64,000 nt of DNA from contig CBDDBZ010000036.1 of NCBI GenBank assembly GCA_965225945.1, forward strand, positions 64,001 to 128,000. Reading direction: 5' to 3'. Shown here one piece after another: positions 40,571 through 50,919 of the stretch; the first letter of the stretch is position 1; the number at the start of each line of letters is the position of its first letter. Below the pieces are notes generated by a model that was not told the DNA's origin, searched no databases, and worked only from the letters and a program-made list of their open reading frames with translations. A program made the position numbers and the translations under genes. This stretch comes from Alphaproteobacteria bacterium. GTDB lineage: Bacteria > Pseudomonadota > Alphaproteobacteria > GCA-2731375.

Positions 40571-40879
40571 ATGAAATTCGCAACGATGGATGCACTCAGA
40601 CTTCTGGGATTGATCGCATTTATGATCGCCTGGCTCGGCGCCGCGATTTCCTGGTTCGCGATGGTATATTTCGGTCTACGGACCTGGGTGGAGCGCCGCG
40701 ATGGCTTGTGGCGGCGACATCGCCCCCTTCCCCTCATGGGGAGTGAGCCGGTCGGCAATGCCAGCTATACCGCCGCGGGCATCCGGTACCGCAAACGCTG
40801 TCTCTACAGCGTATTTGCATTCGTCGCCTTTTGGGGCCTCGGATTCATTGTTGGGATACTGACGTTCCCCGAGGGATGA
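40571..40879 (+). CDS. Hypothetical two-TM membrane protein
   Basis: Two hydrophobic segments; no recognised motif. Confidence 0.55.
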   Translation: MKFATMDALRLLGLIAFMIAWLGAAISWFAMVYFGLRTWVERRDGLWRRHRPLPLMGSEPVGNASYTAAGIRYRKRCLYSVFAFVAFWGLGFIVGILTFPEG

Positions 40880-41108
40880 ATTTGCGCCCACGACCTACCC
40901 GCAAAGCCTGGGCGCGCCGCCGTCGGCGATGGGGCGGCCGTGGCGAAGGCGGGAGATGCCGGACAATGGTCAAGCGTATCACCCATTTGGGTGTTAATCC
41001 GACTTTCTATATTCCAACAATAATTCTCGCCTCGGTAGGCGCGCACAAACGGGTCGTTTCTGTGGTGCCTCCCCTCACCTGCGGAAATCCGCCAATTCTG
41101 TGTTTATA

Positions 41109-41231
41109 CTGACACTATTCCTAATAGTGTCAGGTGCGTCGCACTGTTCTGGCCACTGGAATTCTTCAAACAGAATCAAATACTTGCCCGCACCAACCAT
41201 AATTCTGACAGTTCTCTTGGAATAGTGTCAG
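41109..41231. mobile_element. 123-bp MITE/REP-like element
   Basis: 13-bp TIR CTGACACTATTCC / GGAATAGTGTCAG; each end also forms its own hairpin. Confidence 0.65.
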
Positions 41232-41409
41232 ATTCCGTGATCCCGGGCGAACGTTCGGGCGACGTTGCCGGTAGTGCCGGCGCCGCCCGATTTTTCTCCG
41301 ACGTCTCCCCGTTCCACGACCCGGGTACGGGAAAACAATGCGCTGGCGCCGGGGCACCACCCCTCCGTCAAAGAGCACTGGAGCTCGCGCTCTCCACTCG
41401 CGCTTCCCG

Positions 41410-42627
41410 CTAACGGACGTCGCGGGCGCGGCTGAAGATCGCCGCCGATATCGCCAAGCAGAGGGCGAGGGCGGCGAAGACCGCGCGGTGTGCCGCCTCG
41501 GGCGGGGTGCCGTCCGCCCCGGGCTCGAAGGCGCCGACGATCAACCCGGTCACCGCCTGCAAGGTGAAGACACCGAGGAAGACGGCGAGGTTCTGCAAGG
41601 TCAGGCCGCGACCGACCAGGTGGTCCGGCAATATGGCCCGGGCGTGCGCATGGCTCAGCATGACGTAACTGGCGACGCCCGAGAACAGCACCAGCAGCCC
41701 CATCGCCGCGACGAGGCCCGGAGCGGGCCAGAGCGCCAGGACCAGCAGGATCGCCGCCGTCGCCGAGGCCGCCCCGATGATCAGCCACTTGCGCCGCGCC
41801 ACCCGACGGTCGAGCCGGGCATAGGCCATGACGCCCAGGATCGAGGCGATGTTGAGCGCCATCAGGGCGTGGCCGCGTTGCACCGTGTCGAGCCCGTGGA
41901 CGTCGGCGAAGTAAGGCCCGGCCCACAGACCCATGACCGCCAGTAGGGTCGCGTAGCCGGTGAACTGGATAGCGCAGACGAGCCAAAGCTGCCGGTTCGC
42001 CAGCACGTCTCGCAGTCCGCTCGCCACCTCGCGCCAACTCTCCGGCCGTCCCTCGCCCTCGATCGTGCCCGGCGGCCGGTCGCGCACCACGGCGTAAAGA
42101 GCCAAGGCCGCCAGCGCGGTCAGCCCCGCCATGCCCCAGAACGAGCCGCGCCAGCCGATCGCTTCGCTGAGCCAGGCGAGCGGCGTGGTGGCGAGAAGGG
42201 TGCCGAGGCCGCCCATGGCGAAGAGCAGCGAGGAGAGCGCGGCGAAACGTTCCGCCGGGAACCAGCGGGCGATGGCGACGAGGGAGCCCATCAGCCCCGC
42301 CGCGCAGCCGACGCCGATCACCGCCCGCGCGATCGTGACCGTGGTCTGGTCGGGACCGGAGGCGAAACCGGCGGCGCCGAGGGCGGCCAGGAGGAACAGT
42401 CCCGACATCGTGCCTCGGGGGCCGAAACGGTCGAGCAGGACGCCAACAGGGATCTGCGCCACGGCGAAGCTCAGAAAGAAGGCGCCGGTCATCACCCCCA
42501 TCGCCTCGGCCGAGAGCGCGAGGTCGGCCATCAGCTCCGGCGCGATGACGGCGTTGGCGACGCGGTAGAACTGGCTCGCCACGTAGGCTGCGCACAGCAC
42601 GATGAAGATACGGCTCGCCCTCGACAC
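41410..42627 (-). CDS. MFS transporter
   Basis: GVLLDRFGPR motif A, about 12 TM segments; start uncertain (42627 or 42684). Confidence 0.9.
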   Translation of the reverse strand: MSRASRIFIVLCAAYVASQFYRVANAVIAPELMADLALSAEAMGVMTGAFFLSFAVAQIPVGVLLDRFGPRGTMSGLFLLAALGAAGFASGPDQTTVTIARAVIGVGCAAGLMGSLVAIARWFPAERFAALSSLLFAMGGLGTLLATTPLAWLSEAIGWRGSFWGMAGLTALAALALYAVVRDRPPGTIEGEGRPESWREVASGLRDVLANRQLWLVCAIQFTGYATLLAVMGLWAGPYFADVHGLDTVQRGHALMALNIASILGVMAYARLDRRVARRKWLIIGAASATAAILLVLALWPAPGLVAAMGLLVLFSGVASYVMLSHAHARAILPDHLVGRGLTLQNLAVFLGVFTLQAVTGLIVGAFEPGADGTPPEAAHRAVFAALALCLAISAAIFSRARDVR

Positions 42628-42745
42628 CTTGCGCGCGCTCCCTCGCCTCGGGTCCGACTGGAAACGGCTTGCCGGCGCCGCCATGATCGGGCGCCGCCAG
42701 AATGCCAAAGCGGCGAGCGGAACCCAAGCCGGGAGGGAGAGGGAC

Positions 42746-43651
42746 ATGTTCGAGGGATTTGCGCGGGAACGGATCCGGGTGAACGACGTCGCCATCAATC
42801 TGGTCAGGGCCGGCCCCGCCGGCGCGCCGGCGATGCTGCTGCTGCACGGCTATCCACAGTGCCTGGTCGAATGGCACAAACTGGCGCCGCTCTTGGCGGA
42901 GCGCTTCCAGGTCGTGGCCACGGACCTGCGCGGCTACGGCGATAGCGACAAGCCGGCGGCGGCGGACGGCGACTTCACCGTCTATTGCAAGCGGACGAAC
43001 GCCGCCGACCAGGTCGCGGTGATGCGCCGGCTGGGCCACGAATCGTTCCACGTGGTCGGGCACGATCGGGGCGCCCGGGTCGCCCATCGCATGGCGCTGG
43101 ACCAAGCGAGCGCGGTGCGCAGCTTCGTCAATCTGGATGTCAACGCCTCGCAAGCCGCCTTCGAGGCGATGGATGCGGACCTCGCCTATTCCTGGTTCCA
43201 CTGGAACTTGATGCGCCAGCCCTCGCCGATACCGGAGACCCTGATCGGCAACAGTGTCGAGGTCTATCTGAACTTCCTGCTCGACACCTGGGTCCACGTG
43301 GCCGGCGCGATCACCGTGGAAGCGCGGGCGGAGTATCTCCGCTGCTTCTCCGATCCGGCCTGCATTCGGGCGACCTGCATGGACTATCGCGGCATCGTCC
43401 TCGACCTGGAGCACGACGAGGTCGATCGCGGCCGCAAGATCACGGCGCCGATGCTTGTCCTCTGGGCCGGCGAGATGGCCAAGCGTCCCGGCTGGCAGAC
43501 GGGAAAGAGCGCGAGCCTGCTCGACACCTGGGGCGCCCGGGCCGAACGGGTCGAGGGCCGCGCGTTCCCCTGCGGCCACTTCATCCCCGAGGAGATGCCG
43601 GAGGAAGCCGCCCGTGCGATCATCGATTTCGTCGACCGCGTGGCGGGGTAG
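42746..43651 (+). CDS. Haloacetate (fluoroacetate) dehalogenase-like hydrolase
   Basis: LLHGYPQ, DLRGYG, GHDRGARVAHR, WFHW, GHFIPEE. Confidence 0.88.
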   Translation: MFEGFARERIRVNDVAINLVRAGPAGAPAMLLLHGYPQCLVEWHKLAPLLAERFQVVATDLRGYGDSDKPAAADGDFTVYCKRTNAADQVAVMRRLGHESFHVVGHDRGARVAHRMALDQASAVRSFVNLDVNASQAAFEAMDADLAYSWFHWNLMRQPSPIPETLIGNSVEVYLNFLLDTWVHVAGAITVEARAEYLRCFSDPACIRATCMDYRGIVLDLEHDEVDRGRKITAPMLVLWAGEMAKRPGWQTGKSASLLDTWGARAERVEGRAFPCGHFIPEEMPEEAARAIIDFVDRVAG

Positions 43652-43658
43652 GGGCGCT

Positions 43659-43961
43659 TCAGCCCGGCGTCGAGGATTCCTGGAGTCGGGGTTCGATCGT
43701 CTCGATCTCCGCGCCAGCCTTTAGTTTGGCCAAGCGGAGGTCATGACTGGTCTGAAGGTTCAGCCAGAAGGTGGCGGAGGTAGCGAACCACCTGCCGAGG
43801 CGAAGCGCGGTGTCGGCGCTGATTCGCCGCTTGCCCGCAATGATCTGGCTGACCCTGTTTTCCGGCACGTGCAGGCGCCGCGACAGCTCGGCGGCGCTGA
43901 TGTTCGTCGCCTCGAGTTCGTCGCCGAGGATCTCCCCCGGGTGAATCGGTGTTCTGGCCAT
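43659..43961 (-). CDS. higA: HigA antitoxin
   Basis: PIHPGEIL, HTH, FWLNLQ. Confidence 0.92.
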   Translation of the reverse strand: MARTPIHPGEILGDELEATNISAAELSRRLHVPENRVSQIIAGKRRISADTALRLGRWFATSATFWLNLQTSHDLRLAKLKAGAEIETIEPRLQESSTPG

Positions 43962-43974
43962 GCGCAGGTCCTCG

Positions 43975-44253
43975 TCAATGATAGTCGATGATCTCGACAT
44001 TCTCCGGGCCGGCCGCCGGCCATTCGAAACAAATCCGCCACTGGCGGTTTATTCGAACACTGTACTGCCCCCGACGATCACCGGTCAGTGCCTCGAGCCG
44101 ATTGCTTCGTAGTGCGGCGAGATCGGCGAGGCTCTCCGCCGCGTCGAGGATTTCCAGTCGCTTCTCCGCCTGGCGCGCAAAACCTTGAAACGCCGGCACG
44201 AAATCACCGGCGGCGAAGTTTCGAGTTCTTCCGTCCCGATAGCTTCCGATCAT
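43975..44253 (-). CDS. higB: HigB (RelE-like) toxin
   Basis: NRLEAL.GDR.GQYSVRIN.QWRICF..VEIIDYH. Confidence 0.93.
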   Translation of the reverse strand: MIGSYRDGRTRNFAAGDFVPAFQGFARQAEKRLEILDAAESLADLAALRSNRLEALTGDRRGQYSVRINRQWRICFEWPAAGPENVEIIDYH

Positions 44254-44332
44254 CGCGCGAGCGACCGATGCGTGGCTTAGACGTCATATGTAATACGTAT
44301 AGTATATGGACCCGTCATGTGGCAATGATTTT

Positions 44333-45357
44333 GGCTCAATTCGTGAATTGTATGCATTAGTGATAGAGTGCCTGCAACGTCAGGAGGTTGGGTTATGGAC
44401 GGCAAGGGTTTCCAGGTGTGGCTTTCGGCGGCGCGCGGGCTGACGCGCGCGCAGCGGCGCGAGGCGCTCGCGGTGCTGTCGGGCCGGAGCGAGGGCGAGG
44501 CATCGAAGGCCGCGATCGAGCTTGGTGTGGACGAGGCCCGGCGCTGTCCGCACTGCGCGAGCGAAGGGGCGGTTTCGCGCGGTATGGCGCGGGGTCTGCG
44601 GCGCTACCAGTGCAAGGGCTGCGGCAGGACCTTCAACGCGCTGAGCGGTACGCCGCTGTCGGGCTTGCACCACAAGGAACGCTGGCTGTCGTTCGGGGCG
44701 TCGCTGGCGAAGGGGGAGACGGTGAAGGCCTCGGCGGCGCGCTGCGACGTGGCGGTGAGCACGGCGTTCCGCTGGCGTCACCGGTTTCTGGCGGCGGCGC
44801 GGAGCGATTCGGAGGTGCTCAAGGGGATCGTGGAAGCGGACGAGACCTACGTCCTGGAGAGCCGGAAGGGCGCGCGCGGGCTGGGGCGCAAGGCACGGCG
44901 GCGGGGCGGCAAGGCGAAGAAGCGCGGCCTCTCGCGCGAGCAGGTACCGGTTCTCATGGCGGCGGACCGGAGCGGAACGACGGTCAGCGCGGTGCTGCCC
45001 AGGGTCGATGCGGCGGCGCTCACGGCTGCCCTCGACCCGGTGGTCGCGAAGGACGCCCTGCTGGTCTCCGACGGCGGCGCGAGCTACCCACCGTGCGCCG
45101 CCGCGCTCGGGGTGAGCCACGAAGCACTCAACCGCTCGATGGGGGAACGGGTTCGGGGCGATCTGCATGTGCAGACGGTGAACAGCCGCCACAGCCGGTT
45201 GAAGGACTTCCTGCGTCCCCGCCGCGGCATCGCCACCCGCTATCTGGACAACTACCTGAGCTGGTTCCACCTCGTCGGCCTCGCCCCCGGCGCCAATGAC
45301 CGAGCCTGCCTCGCCGCCGCCGTAACAAGGTGACGCATAGAATTCACGAATTGAGCC
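44333..45357 (+). mobile_element. IS1595 copy 2
   Basis: Same TIRs; TSD ATGATTTT. Confidence 0.95.
44395..45333 (+). CDS. IS1595-family transposase
   Basis: Same protein as 2161-3099. Confidence 0.93.
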   Translation: MDGKGFQVWLSAARGLTRAQRREALAVLSGRSEGEASKAAIELGVDEARRCPHCASEGAVSRGMARGLRRYQCKGCGRTFNALSGTPLSGLHHKERWLSFGASLAKGETVKASAARCDVAVSTAFRWRHRFLAAARSDSEVLKGIVEADETYVLESRKGARGLGRKARRRGGKAKKRGLSREQVPVLMAADRSGTTVSAVLPRVDAAALTAALDPVVAKDALLVSDGGASYPPCAAALGVSHEALNRSMGERVRGDLHVQTVNSRHSRLKDFLRPRRGIATRYLDNYLSWFHLVGLAPGANDRACLAAAVTR

Positions 45358-45471
45358 ATGATTTTTTTCCATGGTAGAAGACCGCCGGGGCGGTATCGAT
45401 TGGTCACGGAACCACCCTCGGGTCGTAATCAGGCAAGGCCGACGCGAGCATTCTCAAAGGGAGGACATCCG

Positions 45472-46398
45472 ATGAATCTCGAAGGCAGGGCGGGAATCGT
45501 GACGGGCGCGGGGCGCGGGATCGGGCGCGAGATCGCGCTGCTGTTGGCGCGCGAGGGCGCCAGAGTCATCGTCAACGATCTGGGCGTCGGGCGTAGCGGC
45601 GAGGAGATGGACGAGACGCCGGCGGACGAGGTGGTCGCCGAGATCACGGGCGGCGGCGGCAAGGCGATCGCCAGCGCTGAATCGATCGCCGACTACGCCA
45701 ACGCCGGGCGCATGGTCATGCAATGCGTCGACACCTTCGGCTCGATCGATTTCGTCGTCAACGTGGCCGGCATGCTGCGCGAGCGGATGATCTGGAACAT
45801 GACCGAGGAGGATTTCGACCAGGTCATATTGGTCCACCTGAAGGGCCACTGGAACATGTGTACCCACGCCATCAAGGTGATGCGCGGCGCGCGCTATGGC
45901 CGGATCGTGAATTTCTCCTCCGACGCCTTCAAGGGCTCGGTCGGGCAGTGCAACTATGCCGCCGCCAAGGCGGGCATCATCGGCCTGACCCGCACGATCG
46001 CGGCCGAGTGCGGCCGCTACGGCATCACCGCCAACGCCATGTGCCCGATGGCGGCGACCCGCATGACGGTGAACGACGCGGTCATCGCCAGCTGGAAACG
46101 GCGGCTGGAAAGCGGCCTGCTGTCACAGGCCGATTACGATGCGCGGATGGCGATGCCGGGGCCGGAATTCGTGGCGCCGATGGTGGCTTATCTCTGCACC
46201 GAAGACTCGCGCGACGTCAACGGCCAACTGTTCCACGCGGAGCGGTCGCTGATCCACACCTACTATTTCGGCGACGCGGCGCGTTCGATCTACAAACACA
46301 CCGACGGCGGCATGTTCACCGTCGACGAGCTGATCGAGACCGTGCCCGCCTCGCTCATGGCCGGCATCGCCAATGTCGCGCCGGCCGAGGAGGCTTGA
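45472..46398 (+). CDS. SDR oxidoreductase (3-hydroxyacyl-CoA dehydrogenase-like)
   Basis: TGAGRGIG, VNDLG, YAAAK; GGAGG RBS. Confidence 0.9.
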   Translation: MNLEGRAGIVTGAGRGIGREIALLLAREGARVIVNDLGVGRSGEEMDETPADEVVAEITGGGGKAIASAESIADYANAGRMVMQCVDTFGSIDFVVNVAGMLRERMIWNMTEEDFDQVILVHLKGHWNMCTHAIKVMRGARYGRIVNFSSDAFKGSVGQCNYAAAKAGIIGLTRTIAAECGRYGITANAMCPMAATRMTVNDAVIASWKRRLESGLLSQADYDARMAMPGPEFVAPMVAYLCTEDSRDVNGQLFHAERSLIHTYYFGDAARSIYKHTDGGMFTVDELIETVPASLMAGIANVAPAEEA

Positions 46399-46591
46399 GG
46401 CGGGAGGCGGCCCGCGCGTTTCGAAACTCGGCCCCCGTCCCGCCCGACCGGAAACCGGTCCACCCGTATGGCTTGCGCCCCCTAGAGCAATATCCGAACG
46501 GATTGAACCCGTGCGGTTCAATCCGTTCGGATAAATTTGCTCTATACTTCAATAAGGTAGAGCAGCTTTATCCACCAGTTGGATCGCTGAA

Positions 46592-48041
46592 GGGGATGTC
46601 CCGGGCTCTGTTGAAAAGCTGAAGTAGGCGTCGTCCGCCTGGAGCCGCTAGGCTCTGGGTGCTGATTCCATCAAGGAGAACGACGCCATGACCAAGACTA
46701 CACGCAACGACCGTTCCTCGGAACCATCCTGTCGGCTCTTGCCATCGATGCCGGAGGCCTTCGACGATCTGCGCATGAGCGTCGATCGCTTCTGCCTTTT
46801 GGCGGGCCTCGAGTCTTTGAACGAGATGATGTCGGCGGACGCGGAAGCCTTGTGCGGTTCGCGCCACGCCCGCTCGGGCGAGCGCAAGGGCCATCGATGG
46901 GGCACGACCCGGAGCGAGATCGCCTACCACGGCGGCAAAGTGAAGGTCGAGCGCCCTCGGGTGCGGGACTTCGCGGGTCGGGAGATGAGCCTGCCGAGTT
47001 GGGAGCTGCTGTCGGAACCCGAACTCTTGCAAGCCTGGGCGATGAATCTGATGGTGATCAACGTCTCGACCCGCAAGTATGCCCGCGCGGTGCGCCTGCC
47101 GGACGATGCGGGCGGCGATCTGCCGGCGGCATCGGGTGACGCAACCTCGAAGTCGGCGGTCTCGCGCCGTTTCGTGGCGTTGACGCGAAGCAAGCTGAAG
47201 GCCTGGCTGGCGAGCCCGCTCGACGATCTCGATCTCGTGGTGCTCCAGATCGACGGGCTCCATGTCGGCGATCACCTGATGGTGGCGGCGATCGGCATCG
47301 ACACCGGCGGCGCGAAGCACGTGCTGGGCCTGGCCGAGGGCGCGACGGAGAACGCGGCCACGGTGCAAGCCATGCTCGACAACCTGATCGAGCGCGGTCT
47401 CGATCCCGAACGGCCTCGGCTCTACATCGTCGACGGCGCCAAGGCGCTCTCGAAGGCGATCCGGCGGACCTTCGGGCGGGCGGCGGCCCTCCAGCGCTGC
47501 CAGGTGCACAAGGGGCGCAACATCACGGACCGGCTGGACGAGAGCCTCCATGCCGGCGTCAGGAAGGTCTTGCGGCAGGCCTGGCAGCAGGACGACGCGG
47601 CCAAGGCCGAACGGCTCTTGCGCAACCTCGCCCGCCGTCTGGAGCATGACGCACCCGGCGTCTCGGGCTCGATCCTGGAGGGCCTGGACGAGATCCTGAC
47701 CGTGATCCGGCTCGGCCTCCCGCCGCAACTTCGACACTCCTGGCTTGCACCAACGCCATCGAGAACGCGATCGGCACCGTCCGGACGGTGCAGCGGAACG
47801 TCAAGCGCTGGCGCAACGCCGAGATGGCGCTGCGTTGGACCGCCGCCGGCCTCTTGGAGGCGCAAAAGACCTTCCGCCGCCTCAAGGCCTACCGCCAGCT
47901 CCCCGTCCTTGACGCCGCCCTGCGGGAGGCGGTGAGAAAGGCCGGAGCAAAGTCCGTCATTGAAGACATCGAGGTGGCCGCGTAGCCTCTCGATCAGACG
48001 ATGCCTATCTCGCACTTTTCAACATTGGGCGGGACATCGCC
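46592..48041 (+). mobile_element. IS256-family element
   Basis: TIR GGsGATGTCCCG...TGTTGAAAAG; TSD TCGCTGAA. Confidence 0.93.
46688..47985 (+). pseudogene. IS256 transposase with 1-bp deletion near 47740
   Basis: LQIDG, IVDG, QRCQVHK; adding one C restores SLACTNAIEN and the C-terminus. Confidence 0.88.
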
Positions 48042-48182
48042 TCGCTGAAAGCGATTCCGACTGGACGGATGCTGCTCTAGCCGGCGGCTCGGACATCTCC
48101 AAGCACCGGACGTCACGCCCTTGCGATTAACCTCGCCTTAGGATTTACCGTTCATCATCGATGGTCGTGCGAAGGAGGCGCG

Positions 48183-48467
48183 ATGACGATGAGTTTCGAG
48201 GCGAGCCTAGGTGCGAAGGATGGCAAGGGTAAGCGGGGACGGTACCTGCTCGCCGGATTGATTCTGGCGCTATCGGTGCCGGTCGGCTTCGTCACCGCTT
48301 ATGTGATCACGCCCTTTCTCTGGTGGATGGAAGTCCAGACCTCCGTGGCCTTAACGGCGCAATCGGGACCCAAACCATTCGTCATCGCGATCTCCGCCCT
48401 CTTCGTCTGGGGTGTGCTCTACGCCATCACGTGCATGGTGATCGAGCATCGCGAACAACGACGTTGA
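48183..48467 (+). CDS. Hypothetical membrane protein
   Basis: AAGGAGG RBS, two TM segments. Confidence 0.65.
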   Translation: MTMSFEASLGAKDGKGKRGRYLLAGLILALSVPVGFVTAYVITPFLWWMEVQTSVALTAQSGPKPFVIAISALFVWGVLYAITCMVIEHREQRR

Positions 48468-48874
48468 ACCGAACTCTTGCGAACACGCATGCTCACGGGA
48501 GCGGCGCTAGGCTTTCTCGCTCGCGACGATGACGCGATCATCCACTGCCGGCAGGCCTGTCAGGTCCCCGACGCCAGTTTCCTGCCCCAAATGAATCTCG
48601 CCGCCGCATCGGCACAAACCGGGCAGGAAAGCGATGCTCGGGCAGCTTGATCCGCGGCAATATCGTTGCAATACACCACACCATATTGATTGAGCCGCCC
48701 AAGACATTCCATTCTTCTAATACAAAGGGTCGGTTTTCCGCTGAGCGGCTCTTCACGAGGAAGTGAAAAACGGCAGGTTGCGATGCCGGTGGCGGGGGTC
48801 ATCCATACCATCTGGCTTGCTCTTGGAACACTATTGTGCTCCATCGTATATGGAGGGATAAAGATAGCAATACC

Positions 48875-49138
48875 ATGGCGCTCTCGGCCGACGATTTAAT
48901 CTCCCTGATCAACGAAGAAGTCTCGCGGTTGACGCCCGTCGACAATGCCGTGGCCGGGGCGCGTCATAGCGCATTGCTTCACTTGCGCGAGGTCTTGCAG
49001 AGAACGGGTTTTCCCACGGATCGCGATCAGCGACGCGAACTTTCCCTGGTTCCACTTGTGTTCCAAGAGGCTAATTACGACGATATCGACTGGACCGATC
49101 GGGCTGCGCCGCTCGGACATTTGTACGGTTTTTGTTAA
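48875..49138 (+). CDS. Hypothetical protein
   Basis: Plausible ORF in a lower-GC patch. Confidence 0.4.
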   Translation: MALSADDLISLINEEVSRLTPVDNAVAGARHSALLHLREVLQRTGFPTDRDQRRELSLVPLVFQEANYDDIDWTDRAAPLGHLYGFC

Positions 49139-49594
49139 TAGATGTTGCTGTTCAAACAAATGGCCGCGAACGTCACGAACTAACGGATGGCGAATACAAT
49201 GACTACGTCCAGATAAGTTTCACCGCGATTGATTATAGAAAGTAACGCCACTGAAACTAATCGGTGGTGCCTTGCCATGGATTTGAAGCTTGTCCGGGAA
49301 ATGTCGGGTTATTCGACGTCCATGCTGGCATCGTGCTTTAATCGGCGGCGGACAACCCGGGCCAAATTCGCTAGATAAGCCCAGGTTGAGCGAAATGATG
49401 ACTTGGGAGAAGCTTGTTTGAAGCATGCCTATCCGGTTATCACCCACACCCACTATATGTAGTGTGTCTCCTTGGACTGCAGGCAAGGGCCGGCGCAGGC
49501 GCATTGAGGAGGCGATCCGGCTAATTCTTGATTGTTCTGAAAACCGAACCGGAGTTTAATTCACGTCACGTACTTAACATCGGGGGACGGAACG

Positions 49595-49903
49595 GTGGCG
49601 ACCAAGGGAAAAACGAAGAAACCCACGGCCAGACGGGAAGCTGCTGATGAAACGACATCGTCTGAGCGATTGACGGCACTAGTCGAAGAAAGCGACGCGC
49701 TGGCACGAATCGTTGCGAAGAACCCGTCCGCGCCTGTTAGTCTCCTGCGCGTTTTGAGTCGCAGCGAAGACGAAGCGACACGCAAGAACGTGATCCTCAA
49801 TCCGTTTACTTCATATGACGTATTGAGCGAACTTGAAAACCAGTTCACAGAGCTATTTGTGAATAATCCGGCACTCGAATCCTACAATTCAATGAAGCTC
49901 TGA
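49595..49903 (+). CDS. Hypothetical protein with variant leucine-rich (LRV-like) repeat, possibly truncated
   Basis: VAKNPSAPVSLLRVLSRSEDEATRKNVILNP. Confidence 0.5.
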   Translation: MATKGKTKKPTARREAADETTSSERLTALVEESDALARIVAKNPSAPVSLLRVLSRSEDEATRKNVILNPFTSYDVLSELENQFTELFVNNPALESYNSMKL

Positions 49904-50180
49904 TTTCCTGGAATATTCCATCGGTGTCGTTCACCTCCGATTTCAGATAAATTTCAATGAAGTGACGGTCCTTTATGCAACGTGGCGTTTTGCCAAATCC
50001 GACTCAATGATTAGGATTTCCACCACGCTAAAGTGTCGCCTAAAAGGCGCTACAATGCCGTCCGAGTCCCTGCTCGGCATCGCCGGAGATATCTCCGCTT
50101 CGACCTGCACCGAGCTTTACTCAGGAAAATGGGTGCACACTACATATAGTGGGTGTGGGTGATAACCGGATAGGCAAGGT

Positions 50181-50882
50181 TTGAAGGGGTCGTTGGCTAT
50201 CGTCGTCGCGGCACTGGGCCTGATTTCACCAGGCGCGGCATTCGGGCTGAGCTGCGCGCGCCCGAGCCTGGACGAAACCGCCATCGCTGCCGCCATCATG
50301 ATTTTCGAGGGAACCGCGGGGCCGAAACGCTCCCTCGATCGTCGCGAAAGAGCGGCGGTCCGAAGGCACGCCATCGAAGCAAAGGGCGGCAGGACCGAGG
50401 ACCTGAGGGTCTACAGATTCGCGGTGACGCGGGGCTGGAAGGGAGCGACGAGGGGTCAGAGCGTCGATGTCCTCTTCAACACCTATTGGGGAGACGGCTT
50501 TGCCGAGGGCGGAGCCTACCTCGTGGTCAGCCCGCGACAGGTCAAAAATCTCTTCTGGACGCCGCTTTGCGGCCACACGATCGATTTGAGACATGCCGCC
50601 GAATTCGGCACTCTCGCCAAGCTGGAGCGGAGAATCGGTATCGGCTATCACATGAAGGTCGGGATGGCGGACCGCGTCTGCCGGCGCGCCGAAGACTGCA
50701 CCTCGGTGCAAACCCACTGCGGCGCGTGCAGCTGCGGCACGCCGGTGGCCAAGGTCGCGGCCGAAGGCTACGAGGCGCGGTTCGAAAGGCTGTGCGCCGC
50801 CATTCGATTCGCCGAGCGTTGCGAGAGGAATTGCCCGCCTCCCGCACTATCCTGCACGGCGGGAATTTGCGTCGCCGAATAA
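50181..50882 (+). CDS. Secreted Cys-rich hypothetical protein
   Basis: Signal peptide ending AFG-LSC; about 10 Cys in the C-terminal region. Confidence 0.7.
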   Translation: MKGSLAIVVAALGLISPGAAFGLSCARPSLDETAIAAAIMIFEGTAGPKRSLDRRERAAVRRHAIEAKGGRTEDLRVYRFAVTRGWKGATRGQSVDVLFNTYWGDGFAEGGAYLVVSPRQVKNLFWTPLCGHTIDLRHAAEFGTLAKLERRIGIGYHMKVGMADRVCRRAEDCTSVQTHCGACSCGTPVAKVAAEGYEARFERLCAAIRFAERCERNCPPPALSCTAGICVAE

Positions 50883-50919
50883 ACTGCCCCCCGGCTATTC
50901 GCTGCAAACCCGAAGCGCT

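Larger units (their letters stand above)
46482..48080. repeat. CTAGAGC...GCTCTAG double-hairpin palindromic element interrupted by IS256
   Basis: Two TAGAGC/GCTCTA-closed hairpins; the IS sits in the loop of the second. Confidence 0.8.
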
